From Acanthaster planci (taxonomy: Eukaryota): 64,000 nucleotides of DNA. How positions within the stretch are numbered: the first letter of the stretch is position 1; every line of letters begins with the position of its first letter. Both the position numbers and the translations under genes were made by a program. Below are positions 24,001-37,900 of this stretch, one piece after another. The DNA lies in assembly GCF_001949145.1 (NCBI RefSeq), contig NW_019091356.1, forward strand, positions 1,240,789 through 1,304,788, in the 5' to 3' direction. The notes beneath the pieces are model-generated. The model made no database searches, had not been told where the DNA came from, and saw nothing but the letters and a program-made list of their open reading frames with translations.

Positions 24001-25511
24001 CTGTGTTTTAATTAAAAAACCCATTGCCAATGCAGTGGTGAAGTGAATTTAGTCATGGAGTTGAGTTGAGTCCTGTAATCTGCTTCAAGACATATTGAAC
24101 AGTTTAATGTATCTGTCCCACCCCTAGCTCTGTGCTCATCCAATGAATTTACATCATCAAATGTCTGTGAGGTTTCTCAATTTTCATAGACACGGTCTGA
24201 TTGCTTCAAGACCATTCTAATTTTAACCTCATAGGCCTTGCATACAGAACCTAGTCAAAAGATGCCTTAAACTACTCGGACTTGTTTCTTACATTTAAGT
24301 ACATGTACGGGTACCTGACAGACCAAGAAAAAAAAATCCCCTGAAAATTGCCACAGTGCCCCTCCATGTTTCTTCCTTTGCATTGTAATTATTGTATTTG
24401 TTTGTAACCTTGGTTTTTTCCCAACCCAGGCCCAACATCATAATGCTCCGCTGGAGCTCCTTCACCAGTTTCAGCCGACCTTGCTTGAAAGAAGTATTGC
24501 ATTACTGCACCGTTATGATTGATTTGTGTGGCATGAAGTGAATCAGGTTAATTGTCGGCTTATATTTGTTTGACATTGTGACCAGAAGGCTGATAGGGAC
24601 CGCCATATGTTGGGCCTGAGGAGGGGAAATGAATGCCAGGGGAGACTGGAAGATTGCACAAGCTTTGAACTATGACCTCGATGATTCTGACTATCTGGCA
24701 TGAAGCTCTGGTATGCAGAGGACTTCAGTGATCTGACTTGTGTGTGTTTGCAGGAGAGCATCATTTGGACTACAAAATGTGAAGACGGTGCATGAATTTA
24801 TAATGATCTAATGGTTAGGATCAGCTTAAAATTCTGGTTCTGTTCCGAATAAATGACAGTGTTTTTTCTCACTTTAAGCAGGCACACTGTTTTTGAATTG
24901 AAATATTGCTACAGTCACAGACATTCTGTAACAAATACATATATTGACAACTATTGATCCTGACAGGGTGCATGTATGCTGCATACATCAACACGTTTAT
25001 GCAGTTCACAGCTTGAGATAAATGTCGTTTAAGTTCAGCCTTGTCTCATTTGAATTGTGACTGCAGAACCAGAATTGAACTTAAGAACCTGAACTCAGAC
25101 ATGGCAGCTTTGTCACTGTTGATCAAGTTGCTGTTTACAAAATGATTCTTCCGAGTTCAAAAGTTCCTGTTTTCCCCTCTCTAATCAGATTCACAAATGG
25201 CTGTTTGGAAGCCTGGAGGTTGTCGACCTGCCCGTTAAAATGACACAAATGAATAAGAAAGGAGTCATTGATGGAATGGCGCTGCCGGAAAAGTCAGCAT
25301 GGGGGGGAAGAGATTGGATGCAGCCTTGGCGCCTTTCTTGAGTCTGAATAGGAGGCAAGGAATGTCTTGGAGGATAATGGGGTTCCCCTAGGGTTGCACA
25401 TGGTAGGGTAGGCGCAGCGTCAGATTGAAGCAGAGACTAGTTTGGCTGGCTATAGCCAGCCTGTTCCAGCTTACAGTTCATGTCCTCTTTGCTGGTAGAA
25501 TCCTCAAAAAG

Positions 25512-25790
25512 ACAGGGCTCCTGCGGCCTGGAAAAGTTAAGGAGAAGTCCTAGAGATTAATTTTTGTTTTCCAGGCCTTGAAAAGTCGTGGAATTTTGTG
25601 AATATGACTAAAGTCATGGACTTTTTCAAGCACTGTGTGTAATTTCTGTTATCAGAAATAAGTGCATAAACTACATAATTTAATTTGCAACTTAAAAAGT
25701 CTGAATAGACAATAGAAATTGCATTCTTGAGTCATAGATTTTCATAATTTGGTCGTGGAAAAGTCATGGAATTCAATTGTCCTTTAGCCT
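25512..25790. mobile_element. Degenerate MITE-like relic with repeated (g)aaaagtcRtggaa motifs
   Basis: cagggctcctgcggcctggaaaagt... followed by gaaaagtcgtggaa (25580), aaagtcatgga (25610) and ggaaaagtcatggaa (25757); far terminus not resolved. Confidence 0.4.
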
Positions 25791-26701
25791 GCATGTACAT
25801 GTAGGTGCACGAATCATGAAAAGGTTTGTTTCACTGACGTCAATATGCCTGTCTAGTTAGCAATCAAGAGCGCAAATTGGTCTTTCCATTTAGACTGTAA
25901 CTTTTTCCATGTACATGTATGTGACACATGATTTTGGTCCACTCATCTCATTTTCAGCCACCTGTCTGCCTCGATCTGATCTTTGACTCCATACCCTATG
26001 GACATGGTCTGCAGATGTAGTTGGATTTTCAACATGAAATTGGCCTTGACTTCGGAAACCTCGGCTTGCTTTTCGAATTGACATGCGGAGGGCTGAAATA
26101 TTGAACCTCTGGCCTACCAGTTTGCCCTGGATAAGTGAGTCACATGACACTGGCACGGACAGACTCTAAAATGAATTTTCCACTGGCAATGAAATGGGTT
26201 CAGCCTTGTAAACTCCATTCCTTAGAAGGTGTGTCCGTGTGGGAGGATGCATTGTTGTGGGCACATGTACCCATCTCAGGAGATGATTAACTTAATCCCT
26301 TCACAACAGTATACAGTGTCAGTTCCTGGATAGCCCCCTCCCCCTCTGTAAACTGGGAACTCAGCTCATCTGGTCTTAGATCCTGTAATATGCAAATCCC
26401 CTCTCCAGCCCTAAAAAAGGCCTTATCCCTGGTTTCAAAGGTGTATTCCATAGCTTGGGAGTACCCATGCGCCATGCCTTGTTTGCTTAGGTAACTGTTA
26501 GCAGTTGGCAAATGCTTGGTTCATTGCCAGTGAGTAGACAGTAGTAATGATGATTTGATTGTCACAAGACTTTTTTCAGTCAATTTTATTAACATACATT
26601 ACTGTTGCATAAATTTGTTTTTTTTAAGTGTTAGCCCAACTTGCAAGGGAGTATGTACATTGTATATATGTACAGTACTTCCAATGGGACATTGCACATG
26701 T

Positions 26702-26741
26702 GTACAACCATAGAGCTAGGAACATAGCTCTATGGTACAAC
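26702..26741. mobile_element. 26-bp near-palindrome flanked by a 7-bp target-site duplication (P-element-like footprint or micro-MITE)
   Basis: gtacaac [catagagctaggaacatagctctatg, 26709-26734] gtacaac; 10-bp perfect inverted termini. Confidence 0.7.
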
Positions 26742-29700
26742 ACATTTTTTGATATCTGCTATTGTTAACAGGGCACATGACAAAGCAGTTGGAATAAGAA
26801 GTATGTGGAAAAAATCTCATTATCTTGATCTTAGCTCATCCTAAAGTCCTCTTCCTTTGTGTTTACCCTGGAAACTCTGTACCCTCGTACAAGGTTGCAG
26901 TACACCTGTAGACCGTACTACACAGTCACATGTACATGTACGTCAAAAAAACTTGAGCCCTCGTCCATTTCGGTGCACCTGGGTATCTTTTTTACAGAAA
27001 GTTACAGAAAGTGACTTTTTCCAGAGCACTGCTTTGGTTTGGTTTTTTAGTTTCAGTCCATCAGAACATTTTTCTCTCCCCTTTACTTTTCAAGTGACGA
27101 TTTCCTCAGGCAGGTAAGGCTAGTAGTATTGCCCCTTCTCTTTGTCCCATAATGTTGAGAAGCCTCTCCTTATTCTCTTAAATTGCGTCTTCAGCCATTG
27201 CTGCTGTGCTTACTGGTACTAGCCACGTCTCCAATGTTGTCTTGTTGTTGAAATGTTTCTATTTTTCAGGGTGCCATCAATAAAACCCCAGTCTTGCCAC
27301 CCAGAGGCTCTCGTATAGTGTTTATGCCAACAGTCTTATTTACATAAAATAGCCACAACCCCTCCATTTCTTTGAGATACCCTAGATGTCAGTAGGGGAA
27401 AGTCAAAACCAGTTGTACGAGGGCACTCTACAATAATGAAACTTACTCTTGATCACTGACGTCTTGGGCCCAAGACTATACTATTGAAACCGCCGCTATC
27501 TAAAAACAAAAGAAGAAGCTGTAGTTCTTGGGATCTATTTCTTGCCCTCCTCTCCTGTAAAAAAAAAAAGTCTAGGGAGGGAGGGAGAGGGGGATTCTTC
27601 TATCCAGGAGAGCAGCAGGGGCGGGGAAACAAAGAGCCAGCCTGTGGCCAGATATTTCTTTCATGTGGGTTACTCATGCAGAGCAGGACTGTTTATTAGA
27701 TTTGCGCACTGATGGGAGAGGTTCTAGTAATGCAGCGGCATGACTTAAGGGTGTTGGTCACCGGTGCTGCTGGTACACACAGTTACCTGGTGTGCTGGGT
27801 GAGGGTTGCCTGTGTAATGGGCTCAGGCATCGGGTTACTGGAGCTCTTTGGAGTTAAAGGGCCATGGTTTACCCACTGGAAAAAGTCACTGTTTGGTGTG
27901 GAGTTTTGTTAATGCACCCGTGTATGGAGCTAATGCCCACATGTGATAGAAATGCTCGTACTTGGGGCCTTTAAATGAGGGAGACCTTTGTTTTACCATT
28001 AGAACAAGAATTCCAGCCTGTGGACTTGTTCAAAAGTTTGTTTATTTTATTTATTTATATCTGTACATCCAACTACCATTTAGTGGCCATGACAGGATGA
28101 AGTGCCCATCAAGAAGACGATGAAGAAATGTTCATTTTTAGAAAAACCCCAGTTAAAAAAAATGTTCCAGGGAAGACCCATTGAATCAGGCAGGGACTGA
28201 AAACCCAATCCACATGCTAACCTAGGTGGAAGGCAAGGAAAGAGCCCCCACACCATGTAGGAAGGAAAAGCACCACCTTGATTCCCTAGAATCCATCATT
28301 CAGTGGCATTCGCATCCCTAACCCCCTAGGGACCACTGAAATTATGCATGTCCTTGTTGGATTAGGGTTAAGTCTAAATTGACTTGTAAACAAGGAAGAA
28401 ATTACAAGACTGCTTCCAAGAAGAGGGAAATGAGAGGTACATTGTAAATCTCTAACCAAAAACAGAATATCCTGATATGATATATTTTTCCATATAGACA
28501 GTGAGCTATGCAACGTGTGAACATATCCATGGTCATGAATGCAGGTTGTTACTTGATAGGTCCTGTGTTGAGCCGTGGTTGAATCCCATAAAATGATGGA
28601 TTTCAAGTGGCCGGATGGACTGATCACAGCCCCCTTAACAATCCGGTGGGTGTGCGCAGGACTGGCCCGCAAATGCAATTTGTGGTGTATTTGCCATGGC
28701 CCGCTGGTTGTAAATTTGGACCCCCTTCCAATGTCGCGGAATGTCTGATCTCACTACACCATCAGATTATGAGTGGCAGCAACAAGTGTGTCCAAATTGA
28801 ACGTGGGCAAGGCATTACTCTCTCGGATGTTTGGACCATCTGTCAGGCTAAATTGGATAAAAGTTTTCTTGTAATAATACAGTCCTCTTGATCTTTTTTC
28901 TTGTTAGGGTGGGTGGGTTACTGTTTATACCCGGTACATGTAGTTAGTGAGGAACAGGTCGCTGTTTGTGCTTACCAGACTTGACTTGCATATGTGTAGG
29001 TTAAATTTGCTGTTCAGGAAAGGTGATTATTTCAAACATTAAGAATCATGTCCTTCAATCATAAAGAAGTGATAAATATGCCTACATGTGCAGTTAAAAA
29101 AGAAAGAAGTCTGATGAGAAGAAAAGTCTGAGAAAATTCCATGTCAAGCAGTAAGTGCAGGAGCCCCTTTAAAGTCTGGGGGATGCAGGGTTGTTTATTA
29201 ATTTACATTAGGGCCTACATCCAAGCTGGCTTTAAGGGTAAAGTGGATTATCAGTGTTAACAAGGAGAAATGTTCTCTCCATCTCTTCACATCCAATTAC
29301 CTCTGATCAACTGGTGTTCAACCTCTTTGAAAAAAGTGCCAACAAATTATCACCCAAAGCAGTTTGAATTTAATCCACCTGAGATGGGGTGTTGGAAGAC
29401 ACACAACAAGGGTAATTATGACCCAGATGGTGTGATAAACATTTTTTTTTTTCTGTTTGTGGGGAAGAAATACTGGTATTAGCCAAAGTTAAGAGCCTGA
29501 AGGGGAGAGGTAGGGAAGAGGTTATCAGTTTTGAATGCTTGGAGGGTGAGAGGGCTTGTTGGTACCGGTAGTTAATGGGCTGTGGTTGAGCACAGGCTTG
29601 GTACAATTCTCCCCCAGGGATATCGGTCAACCTTCATGGGGCATAACTTGTTCTCTGGAGATGGAAGAATATTATCTTGGAGCTGTTCTTGGCACTGTGA

Positions 29701-30309
29701 TTCACCTCCAAGCTATTTGTGATAAGAGGGATTTTTTTTTGAAGAGGCAGCTTGCTCAGAATACTCTGGTTACACTGTTCTGAAGATCTTTTGGTGTAAA
29801 TACAGTGGGTCTGAGACAGAAACTTCAAAGCTTTACAAAGTGACAAATGTATAAGTGTTAAAAATGCTTCAAAAATATGGAAATTGTAATATAACTGGTC
29901 CATAGTTGTTAAATGTCATTGATGTACCAGTAGTTAGTCGCAATACTACATGTACCTGTAACTTGGGGCCATTTTGAAAAGCAACATTTACTGTGTAACA
30001 TCCATTGACTGACTTTAGGATCAAGTAAGCATGCGTCTTGAAACCTCCATTTCAAGATGAATTAAAGTCTTGTTTAAGGAGTTGGCCTACACATCATTTT
30101 AATGACTGAGTTTTGTTTCATTTGTTTTTCCACCCATTGTCAAATTCCAACCATGATTCAACGTCAGTTTCGTGGAGTGCCATTTTGACAGTTGTGGTAG
30201 GAATGGTAGACATGTCACGTATTGACTTGGGTGAATTCAAGGCAACACAGTCAAGACACTGTTTCCTCACTGACTCTCAATATTACCCCGGGGAGATCCC
30301 TATGTGTTG

Positions 30310-30322
30310 GGGTCAGAGGTCA
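30310..30322 (+). promoter_or_regulatory. Nuclear-receptor DR1-type motif GGGTCA-G-AGGTCA (copy 1)
   Basis: Exact 13-mer, repeated identically at 35544-35556. Confidence 0.3.
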
Positions 30323-31893
30323 AGTAGGATGTTCAGGGTGTTTTGGTCGAAAAACAGCTTTCTGCTTGGAGGCGGCACGTACATGTTATGACCAGTGTAA
30401 CATCTGTGGAGGCATTCTTGTGATGAACCCCAGGCTTCCATGTTGGTCTACACATGGGTTTTTAACTTAAGAGTGCCACTTTTTCTTCAACACTACCTCT
30501 GACATACATAGAGACCATTTGCATGTGACACAGATTTGGGTTTGTTTTCATCTGTAAGCATGACTTTATGAAGTTTATGATTTAGACAAGAGTGAGCCAT
30601 CATGCTGCATTATGAACGGCTCTTATGAATATTCATACAGGTATGAATGTACTGGCATTCCTGGTCCAGACATTCCAGTCATTTCTGTTGCATACACAGG
30701 ATCAAGTAGAGCAAGAGACACGAAAATAGCATCAACTACAATTGATTTGTACCCTCATATCTGCTTTGGAGAATGTTATGTATGGAAAGTGCATGAACCT
30801 GGGATACTTCTGGCAGTTGTTGGAATTTTGAATTGTTCATATTTTGGGAAAAACTCTCCAGCCTTTGGCACTTTCTTGGCCAGAATGTCAGTATTCTTAA
30901 CCTGTACATGTAGAACCTAATACTGCACCTGCATGTTAAAATGTCTCCACATGTCACAATACACCTCTATAACAATTCCCTAGTATTGGTATAAACGTAC
31001 ACAAACATGTACATGTACGTGTATGTGGAACATGGGGTTCTTTAGAAGCAGTGTCCCTTGAAATATGTGCCAAAATGCAGTCTGTCTGTGAGGAACTAGC
31101 TTCATTGGTTCCCATGCAGTTTGTGTTCACTTAAGGTAATCAGAGTACCGGTACTACGGTAGTTGGGAACTACGGTAGTTACTGTGCTAGTATTTCTGTG
31201 GCTTCTCAAGTGTGCACATGGCAGAATAACATTAACAACATGCGGGGATCATGTCACTTTCGCAACAGGTCATTGCATTAAGGTTTGCCTTCTACCTCTG
31301 TAAAAACAGAAGATGAAGGGGTAAAATTGTTCGAATTAATCAATTCATGTGCAAAATAAATTCAAATTCAACAGACACTTTCCGGAATAAAAGACAGTCA
31401 TGGATGTTGTGTTTCATACATGTATGTTTTATAGAATATTGATTTAGCGGGAATTATACCACGATGACGCTTGTACTAAAGCAATTGTTGGTCAGACTTT
31501 CAAGGGCACCACTTTGTTAATCATTAGTCAGGTGTTCATGTGCACATACCGGTACAGTATTTTATCCATGTATTTTTGTATTTTGTGTCTAGGTGTCCTG
31601 CTCTAATAATTTTTCCGGTCCTGGACTAAGAACCCACTGGCATCCCTGATGAACTCTTCAGTTGATCATTTCCTATCGTAAGATGGATTGACAACACAGT
31701 GTGGTTGCTGTGGTGATCTAGAATGATATTCTAACCGGCAGGACCCTCATATTTTTTTGTTAGACTGCTTCACATGTGTCCACTGAGCAACTGGTTCTCA
31801 TCTTGACCTCTTTGTTTGTAATTTTTATGTAGAAATGCAAGTACGGTAGCAACAAGAAGTAGAATGTTGAGGTGAGGGGCTCTATGAGGCGGA

Positions 31894-31981
31894 ATGATGG
31901 CCACAATCAAACGGCACGAAGCGGAGACGAGCAAAAAGAGGAAGACCACCAGCAGTCCCAGGAACACGCCGGAAGAGCAAG
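31894..31981 (+). CDS. Gli: Gli first coding exon ([29 protein letters not shown]); exon begins at acceptor 31833
   Basis: In-frame TGA at 31885 just upstream; second ATG (31897) in strong Kozak context; donor AAG|gtatgt phase 1 matches the next exon. Little family-level conservation to check. Confidence 0.65.
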
Positions 31982-34900
31982 GTATGTCCTCCTTTTGGTC
32001 ATTTGTACATGTGGCCACTTGGTCTGAGCTGGTGGTGGACAAGTGAGCAGCCATCTCATCTGCCTTGGCACGGCACGTGGTGTGCTCGTCCTTTTGTACC
32101 GGTCCATTCATTACGCGAGTCCATGTGAGTTCATTTTGCAAACCTGTAATGTATTCTTGTCCTGAGTTTTTTGGAACACAGATGTAGCAAAGAAGCTCAT
32201 GTGGTCAGGCTCTGTCTCAATTAGTGGGCTATGGCTTAAAATGACACACGCCTATGGATAATGAATGAAGCCACTAGCAGGCAGCTTCCGTAGGCATGTG
32301 TATCAACTCTAGCCATAGTCAAGTTATATAGGCACGGGCCGTCTAGGCCTATTCCTGAAACCTTTTTAATAGTAGATGCCGTGAGTGACCCAGCTATTAT
32401 ACAAAATAAGTGATTCTTGACAGTTTCCTTAATTGGCCCCCGAGGGTGACGAAAAAGTACATTTTTGAACTTGGAAGATTCAGGCCTGTTGAAGGTAGGG
32501 TCAGTTTGAGTATTATTGGACACGGTGCTTTCTGCTAATCCACCCTGAGTCAAAGTGCACCCTCACTGGCGAAAGAAAGACAGATCGGTATGAGGTTTTT
32601 CCAACCAGATTCTTGCACGCATTGGGCGTGCACATGAAGACCATACATTCCAGAATAAATTCGTTTGGCGCATTTAGCCTGCCCCATGGCAAACGCGCAT
32701 AAACTTGCGCGTCTATGCAGTGAGTTCCTACCAGAGGATTTTCATTTAAAAACACCCCTTCTTTTGTTCCCGCTCAGAGTGGATACTGCAAGCTCCTAAG
32801 AGTGTGCAGTAATCTGGTACTCAAGATTTGTCAGGGTACCAGTTCTCATGGCCCTAACTCCCTCTTGTTTACATAGAATAGGCAAGGGTGTTAATCTGGG
32901 CAATCAATTAGGTAACCACCCCACCTGGGCCTTCTCAAAGAAATTGGACTTTGCAGTGTTCTTTTGCACCGTTAAAAGTTGGCACCCATTCGTGCACTTG
33001 TATTGAAGTGAGCCCTCATGTGTTGGATTAGTGTCATTCATTTGCCAGTCAGTTGTGTCATCCACATTTTGTAGATAAAAGTACAGCTCTTTTTCTGTAT
33101 GATCCTTGCAAGTTACTGCTGATTTGAATGATGTGACAAACTATTGTTTTCCGCTTTATTGCTTTTCTGGGGGAGAGAAATACTCTTGTGTCAGTGTCTG
33201 GCATTGTCAGAATGTCCAAAATTGAAACAAATCTGTGAACCTCTTCAGAGTGTGGTTGAGTAACCAATTTTTTGCACCCTCGTGGCCAGTCACCATGGCA
33301 ATCCATCCCACTCGTCATTTATCACCATCTTTGCCCGGGAGATGAAACAAACAGTGGATGCTAATGGCAGGGTCAAGAAGTTAATGCCATCCGGTGGGGA
33401 TTCAACCGGCTACTTCACCACCACTCTGGCATCCCCGAGATTTCTTTCCCCCTGCCTGGGACCCCTTGCACTTGTCTGCTGTTGATAAACTTGGCTGGGT
33501 CATAGTCGCTGCTGTGACGGACGTGCTTCAATCTAGCACTTTACGACTGCTGCTCTCTTGGAGCCTATCATGAATTTATTTTTTGTTTTTTGGTGGGGGG
33601 AGGGGATAGGGGAGAAGGGGGTGTAGGCAACATGTACCGGCAGCTTCTCAGGCGAGAAATTAGCTGCCCTTTTTGGTAGACAAGCTTTTACCCCAACACC
33701 TGTGGAGTTTGTGAAATAGGACCAGTTGAACGGCACTTAAAATTTTGAGTGGGCTTTTTTAGTGTGGCATGAAAATGAAGTGCATGAAGTGTCTTATTGT
33801 ATCTGGACATTGTGCATAACATAATGACCGTTGGATGCATGTAGACATGTACGGTGTGCTGGTACATTAAGACAAGCAGCGTGTTAGGTCCCGCTTCCAG
33901 TGATAGAAAACCCAGTCTCACTTTGCTTCCAATTCCGGAAAAAAATCTACACTCTACCTCTGCCGCTCCCTGCATGGCCTTTCTTTCCCTGTAACAATCT
34001 TTTGTTAAACTGCATTTGTTTCAAACCCTGAAAAGCTTTATTGGCAGCGTTATACTTCAAGCATATTCTCATTTGTTTTGAATCGTTGCATTTTGTTCAG
34101 TCTTTCCTTATTACATATTCAGTGGTGCTTGATCATGTTTACTGACTTGGCTCAGCCTCTCAAATCGTTACCCCTGTCCATATTGGCCCATTCCAATCGC
34201 TACTGGATTAGACTGAGGCAGTCTTCTGCTAACACTCCTTGATTAGTCCTGGATCAAGTGCCAGCAGCCGCTCTTCAAATACGCCCAGCAATCTTCCTTG
34301 TTTGCTGGAATACACTTGGCAAACTTGTAGAGGACCTTTGCAAGTTTGCCCAGGACTAAACTCAGAATGGAGACAAGCTCATAAATTCTTTGGAGAGGCC
34401 AGGGGACTGGAGTGGAGTTAACTGCTTTCGCCCTCCAGTTCACAAAGGATTAAAGTGGGAGACTCAACAGAGGAGGGGGGAATGCGGCTACTAGTGTTCT
34501 GTTGAGCCATTCCTGCTACCTGTAGTCAATGTTCCAAATTGCATTACTCTTTTCTGACTCATTGCTGGAACATGTTTGATCAGTCCACAGTTGGAATAAC
34601 CAACAGTAGGTACATAATTGAGCCAGAGGTAACGGTTTATAAACTACATGTAGATGAACAAGCCATTGGAACTCACATGGTCACATGTTTGGAAGTAACT
34701 CGACTTGACAAAGACTGTTGAGATGTGAGTTCTCAACAGTTCCATTCATACCAGTTTTTGTGCATTGAATGGGTCATTTGCATTTTAGTGAGTTGAAAGA
34801 GAGGCTGGACTTTAAAAGCTTCAGCCTCTTGAATTATACATGTAGGCCTACATGTACATGTACATGTAAGTGCACGAAGCTCAGCAACCTTTGTGGTAAC

Positions 34901-37900
34901 GGTGTGAGAGGGCCATTGTTTTCCGATTTTTGTGGTTTCTGAATCACATACATATACATGTACATGGAACAAAAAATTTCTTGAAATTACAAGAATAGCA
35001 AACGCAGCAAATAGAGCAGTTGTGTCTTGGCAAACTACATGTACATGTACTTTGTGCTGACTTTAGATTCATACATTGTAGGCCTGTATGTTGTGCTTTT
35101 TTAATCCTTTTTACACCGGTGTGCATGTCAGGCGTTGGAGCTGATCACATTTGAATTAGACAGATGTCGTTTGTCTTGATCATATTATTATGTTCTGTAT
35201 GTACATGTATATTTGGTTCATAATCCTGTGTAAATTTTGTTTATTGAGAGAGTTCTGACCCAGTTTCAAGCCACTTCACCAACTGCTTCTGTTCCTGTAA
35301 TCTAAAGTACAACCACTTTAACTGTCAACAGAAGAGAAGTCAGGAGTATTTGTTGTAAAGTTATTCTCTGTTTACTCCTGCTGATAGCCTCATTTGGGTT
35401 TTACATACACAGCCAAGGAGTGACACATTTATGAGATTGGTTTGGACGATGTTTCATCCAATATCCAAACCAAGGAGGTTTTCAGTGAGAGGAAAAAATT
35501 TCTCCAGTTTCACTCCAGTGTTAGGAATGAGGTGAGAGATTATGGGTCAGAGGTCACCTCATTCATTTTCCAGCCCTAACCCCAGGTTAGAATCAAGGCA
35601 GAGACCACCCAAGTGTTTGTTTGTGTGTGGGCCTTTGCGAGAGTCCCCGGCTGTTTTTTAAATAGTTGGGGGAGCGTAACATCCCCAGTTGCTTCTTCAC
35701 AAAAGCAAAGACCCGGTAAACAACTTGGTAAATAACTTAGGTGGCTGGGACCAGTGCGGTTGCACCTCCGCCCACATGATAGAAATTGATCTTGGGACAG
35801 ACAATGGATTTCCTGCTCATCTTGGAGAGTGGCCTCAAGTCATTCAATGGGCACCGACGACGTGTTGCCTGGTTAAGCAATGAGGGCCCGACATTCTTCC
35901 TGCTCCTCTCTCAGGCTGCTGCCCGGAATCGGATGGACAGAGGTGCTGAGCTGATTATCCTGCCTTTTGTGGACTAATAATGCAAACCATCCCGGTCAAT
36001 TTCTGTCGGCAATATTGAAAGAAGGACCAGTCATCCTTCCATCACCATGGAGTCATCATTCCTGGATTGAAATATAATTGTTGTCAGTGCTGGATTATTG
36101 CCGTGGACAATGTTGGATGTCACATTGTCAGGAAAGATGTTCAACACTCTTTCACTTTGAGGGGATCTGTTTTAAAAAAAAATTGACGTCAGAGCACAGA
36201 GCAAGGAAACTGCTGTAAGATCAGTGGAAAGGATTATATAGTTCTGCGTTCATTTGTTCTCCTGGGATGTGGTTAGCCAGCATCATTTTCATTTGAGGAA
36301 AGGTGTGATTCGTGGAGGAGTTTCGTCATGTTCAGGATAATATACATTTGCCATCGGAACTCTCTAGAGTAAGCTGTACTGTATCGCAGTTTAGTTTCAA
36401 TTTCAAACCAGCAACAGAGTCTAGTAAGATTCAACAGCAGGGCCAATTTCTGTTTGATCTCGTAAGTACATGTAGTGAACTTCTGTATTTGGAGTCATAG
36501 CTTTTTGTGGAATTCATCGAGTTTGATGCTTTACCTGTTTGTTTGGGGTTGACACTTTGGCGAATCTGCCAACTTCACCAACTGTGATCAAGTTAACCAA
36601 TCACCTATGTGGGAAACCAACAAATAAACAGGAAATGTGACATATTTTTGTCGAATTGGAGGTTTCATATGTCAAGCATTGAAGAAAGTTTTACATTGGC
36701 AGCATTAGTCAGAAACCTGTCTCCCTTTTACTCGATTGAAATGTCCATTTCAGACGGGTGTGAAATTTATTGTGCGGTTTCAGTGATAAAAGTTAGGAGC
36801 CAAATACATTTAGTCTGTGTTTTGTTTCCCCTGGTACCATTTGACATTTGTTCTTTAAAAGAGGCTGGCTCATTACATGTGCGTGTGTTGTAGTACCAGT
36901 AGCCCATTTCTGCACTTTTGCATTCAGAAGTACATGTATTTTAGCCAGTGGCCAGGACAACCTTGTACGTGTACCAGCTATATGATGCCTATGGGACTGG
37001 TAATGCTAGCCCTTGCATTCCAACCACACTAATACATGTAATTTGCCCATTATTCATCCTTGGATGAAAAGAGCACCAATGCCAGCAGTCTGTTCCCTGT
37101 CAGGTTAACACCTACATGTATAATCCCATACTGCATTTGTAAATAATCAAGGGCCCCCCCCCACATGCCATCTAAGGCAGGCTGTAAGGCAACACCACTG
37201 GCTTTATTTAACAACTTGGAGTGGCTCAATCATGAGGCCTGTTACTGTTGACCTATACAACTCAAGGAACAAGAGGCCTTTCTAGTCTGGTGGGGCAGAA
37301 TGGTGAACCACAGACCCCGAGATTACCAGAACTGCTGGTACAGAACATGTGCATCAGCTAGTGTTGGTAGACCAAGAACTTATGACAGCATTGGTCTGCA
37401 TTTGGTATAAGTACATGTACATAGTAGACTGGAGTTGAAACTAATAAAAATGCTGAGATCCATGTACTCAGAACAGGACTTGCCAGAACAGATCACCTCG
37501 ATAGGTGACATTAGAGATTTTAAAACTGTCGCAGAGTCATGTGCAGTTGGAATGAGCAACCCCGTACCATTCTGAGTGGTGCTCAAGTATTCATCCAGAT
37601 ACAGACGCTCTCCTTGCACGTAGGTTTTTTTTATCAGCCTGAAGGGTTAATTCCACCGGTCAACTTACTCCAAAAGTATGCAGTATTGTTAGTATCAAAA
37701 GTTTAAGACTGTTGTGTAGTTTGATCACTTGGATTTATGTGGAGTGAAACGGTTCATGATCAGGTTTTCTGATCTCTGAATGCTATGGTTTGATCAAGGG
37801 AAATGGTACCAAAAAGAAATTTGTTTTTGGCATTTCTGTGTGTCAAACTGTATAGGTTACATTTACATGTACAGTGGAGTTTGGGAAAGATATTCTCATC

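Noticed and set aside
25444..25461. 18-bp palindrome ggctggctatagccagcc
   Set aside because: No clear target-site duplication; cannot be distinguished from chance or a decayed repeat.
28050..28260. SINE/retroelement-like relic with a (ttta)n tail
   Set aside because: Only an impression of similarity; no boundaries, TSD or Pol III boxes could be demonstrated.
14400..31800. Many 60-137 aa ORFs in the Gli upstream and leader-intron region
   Set aside because: No domain motifs, no consistent exon chains and non-coding composition.
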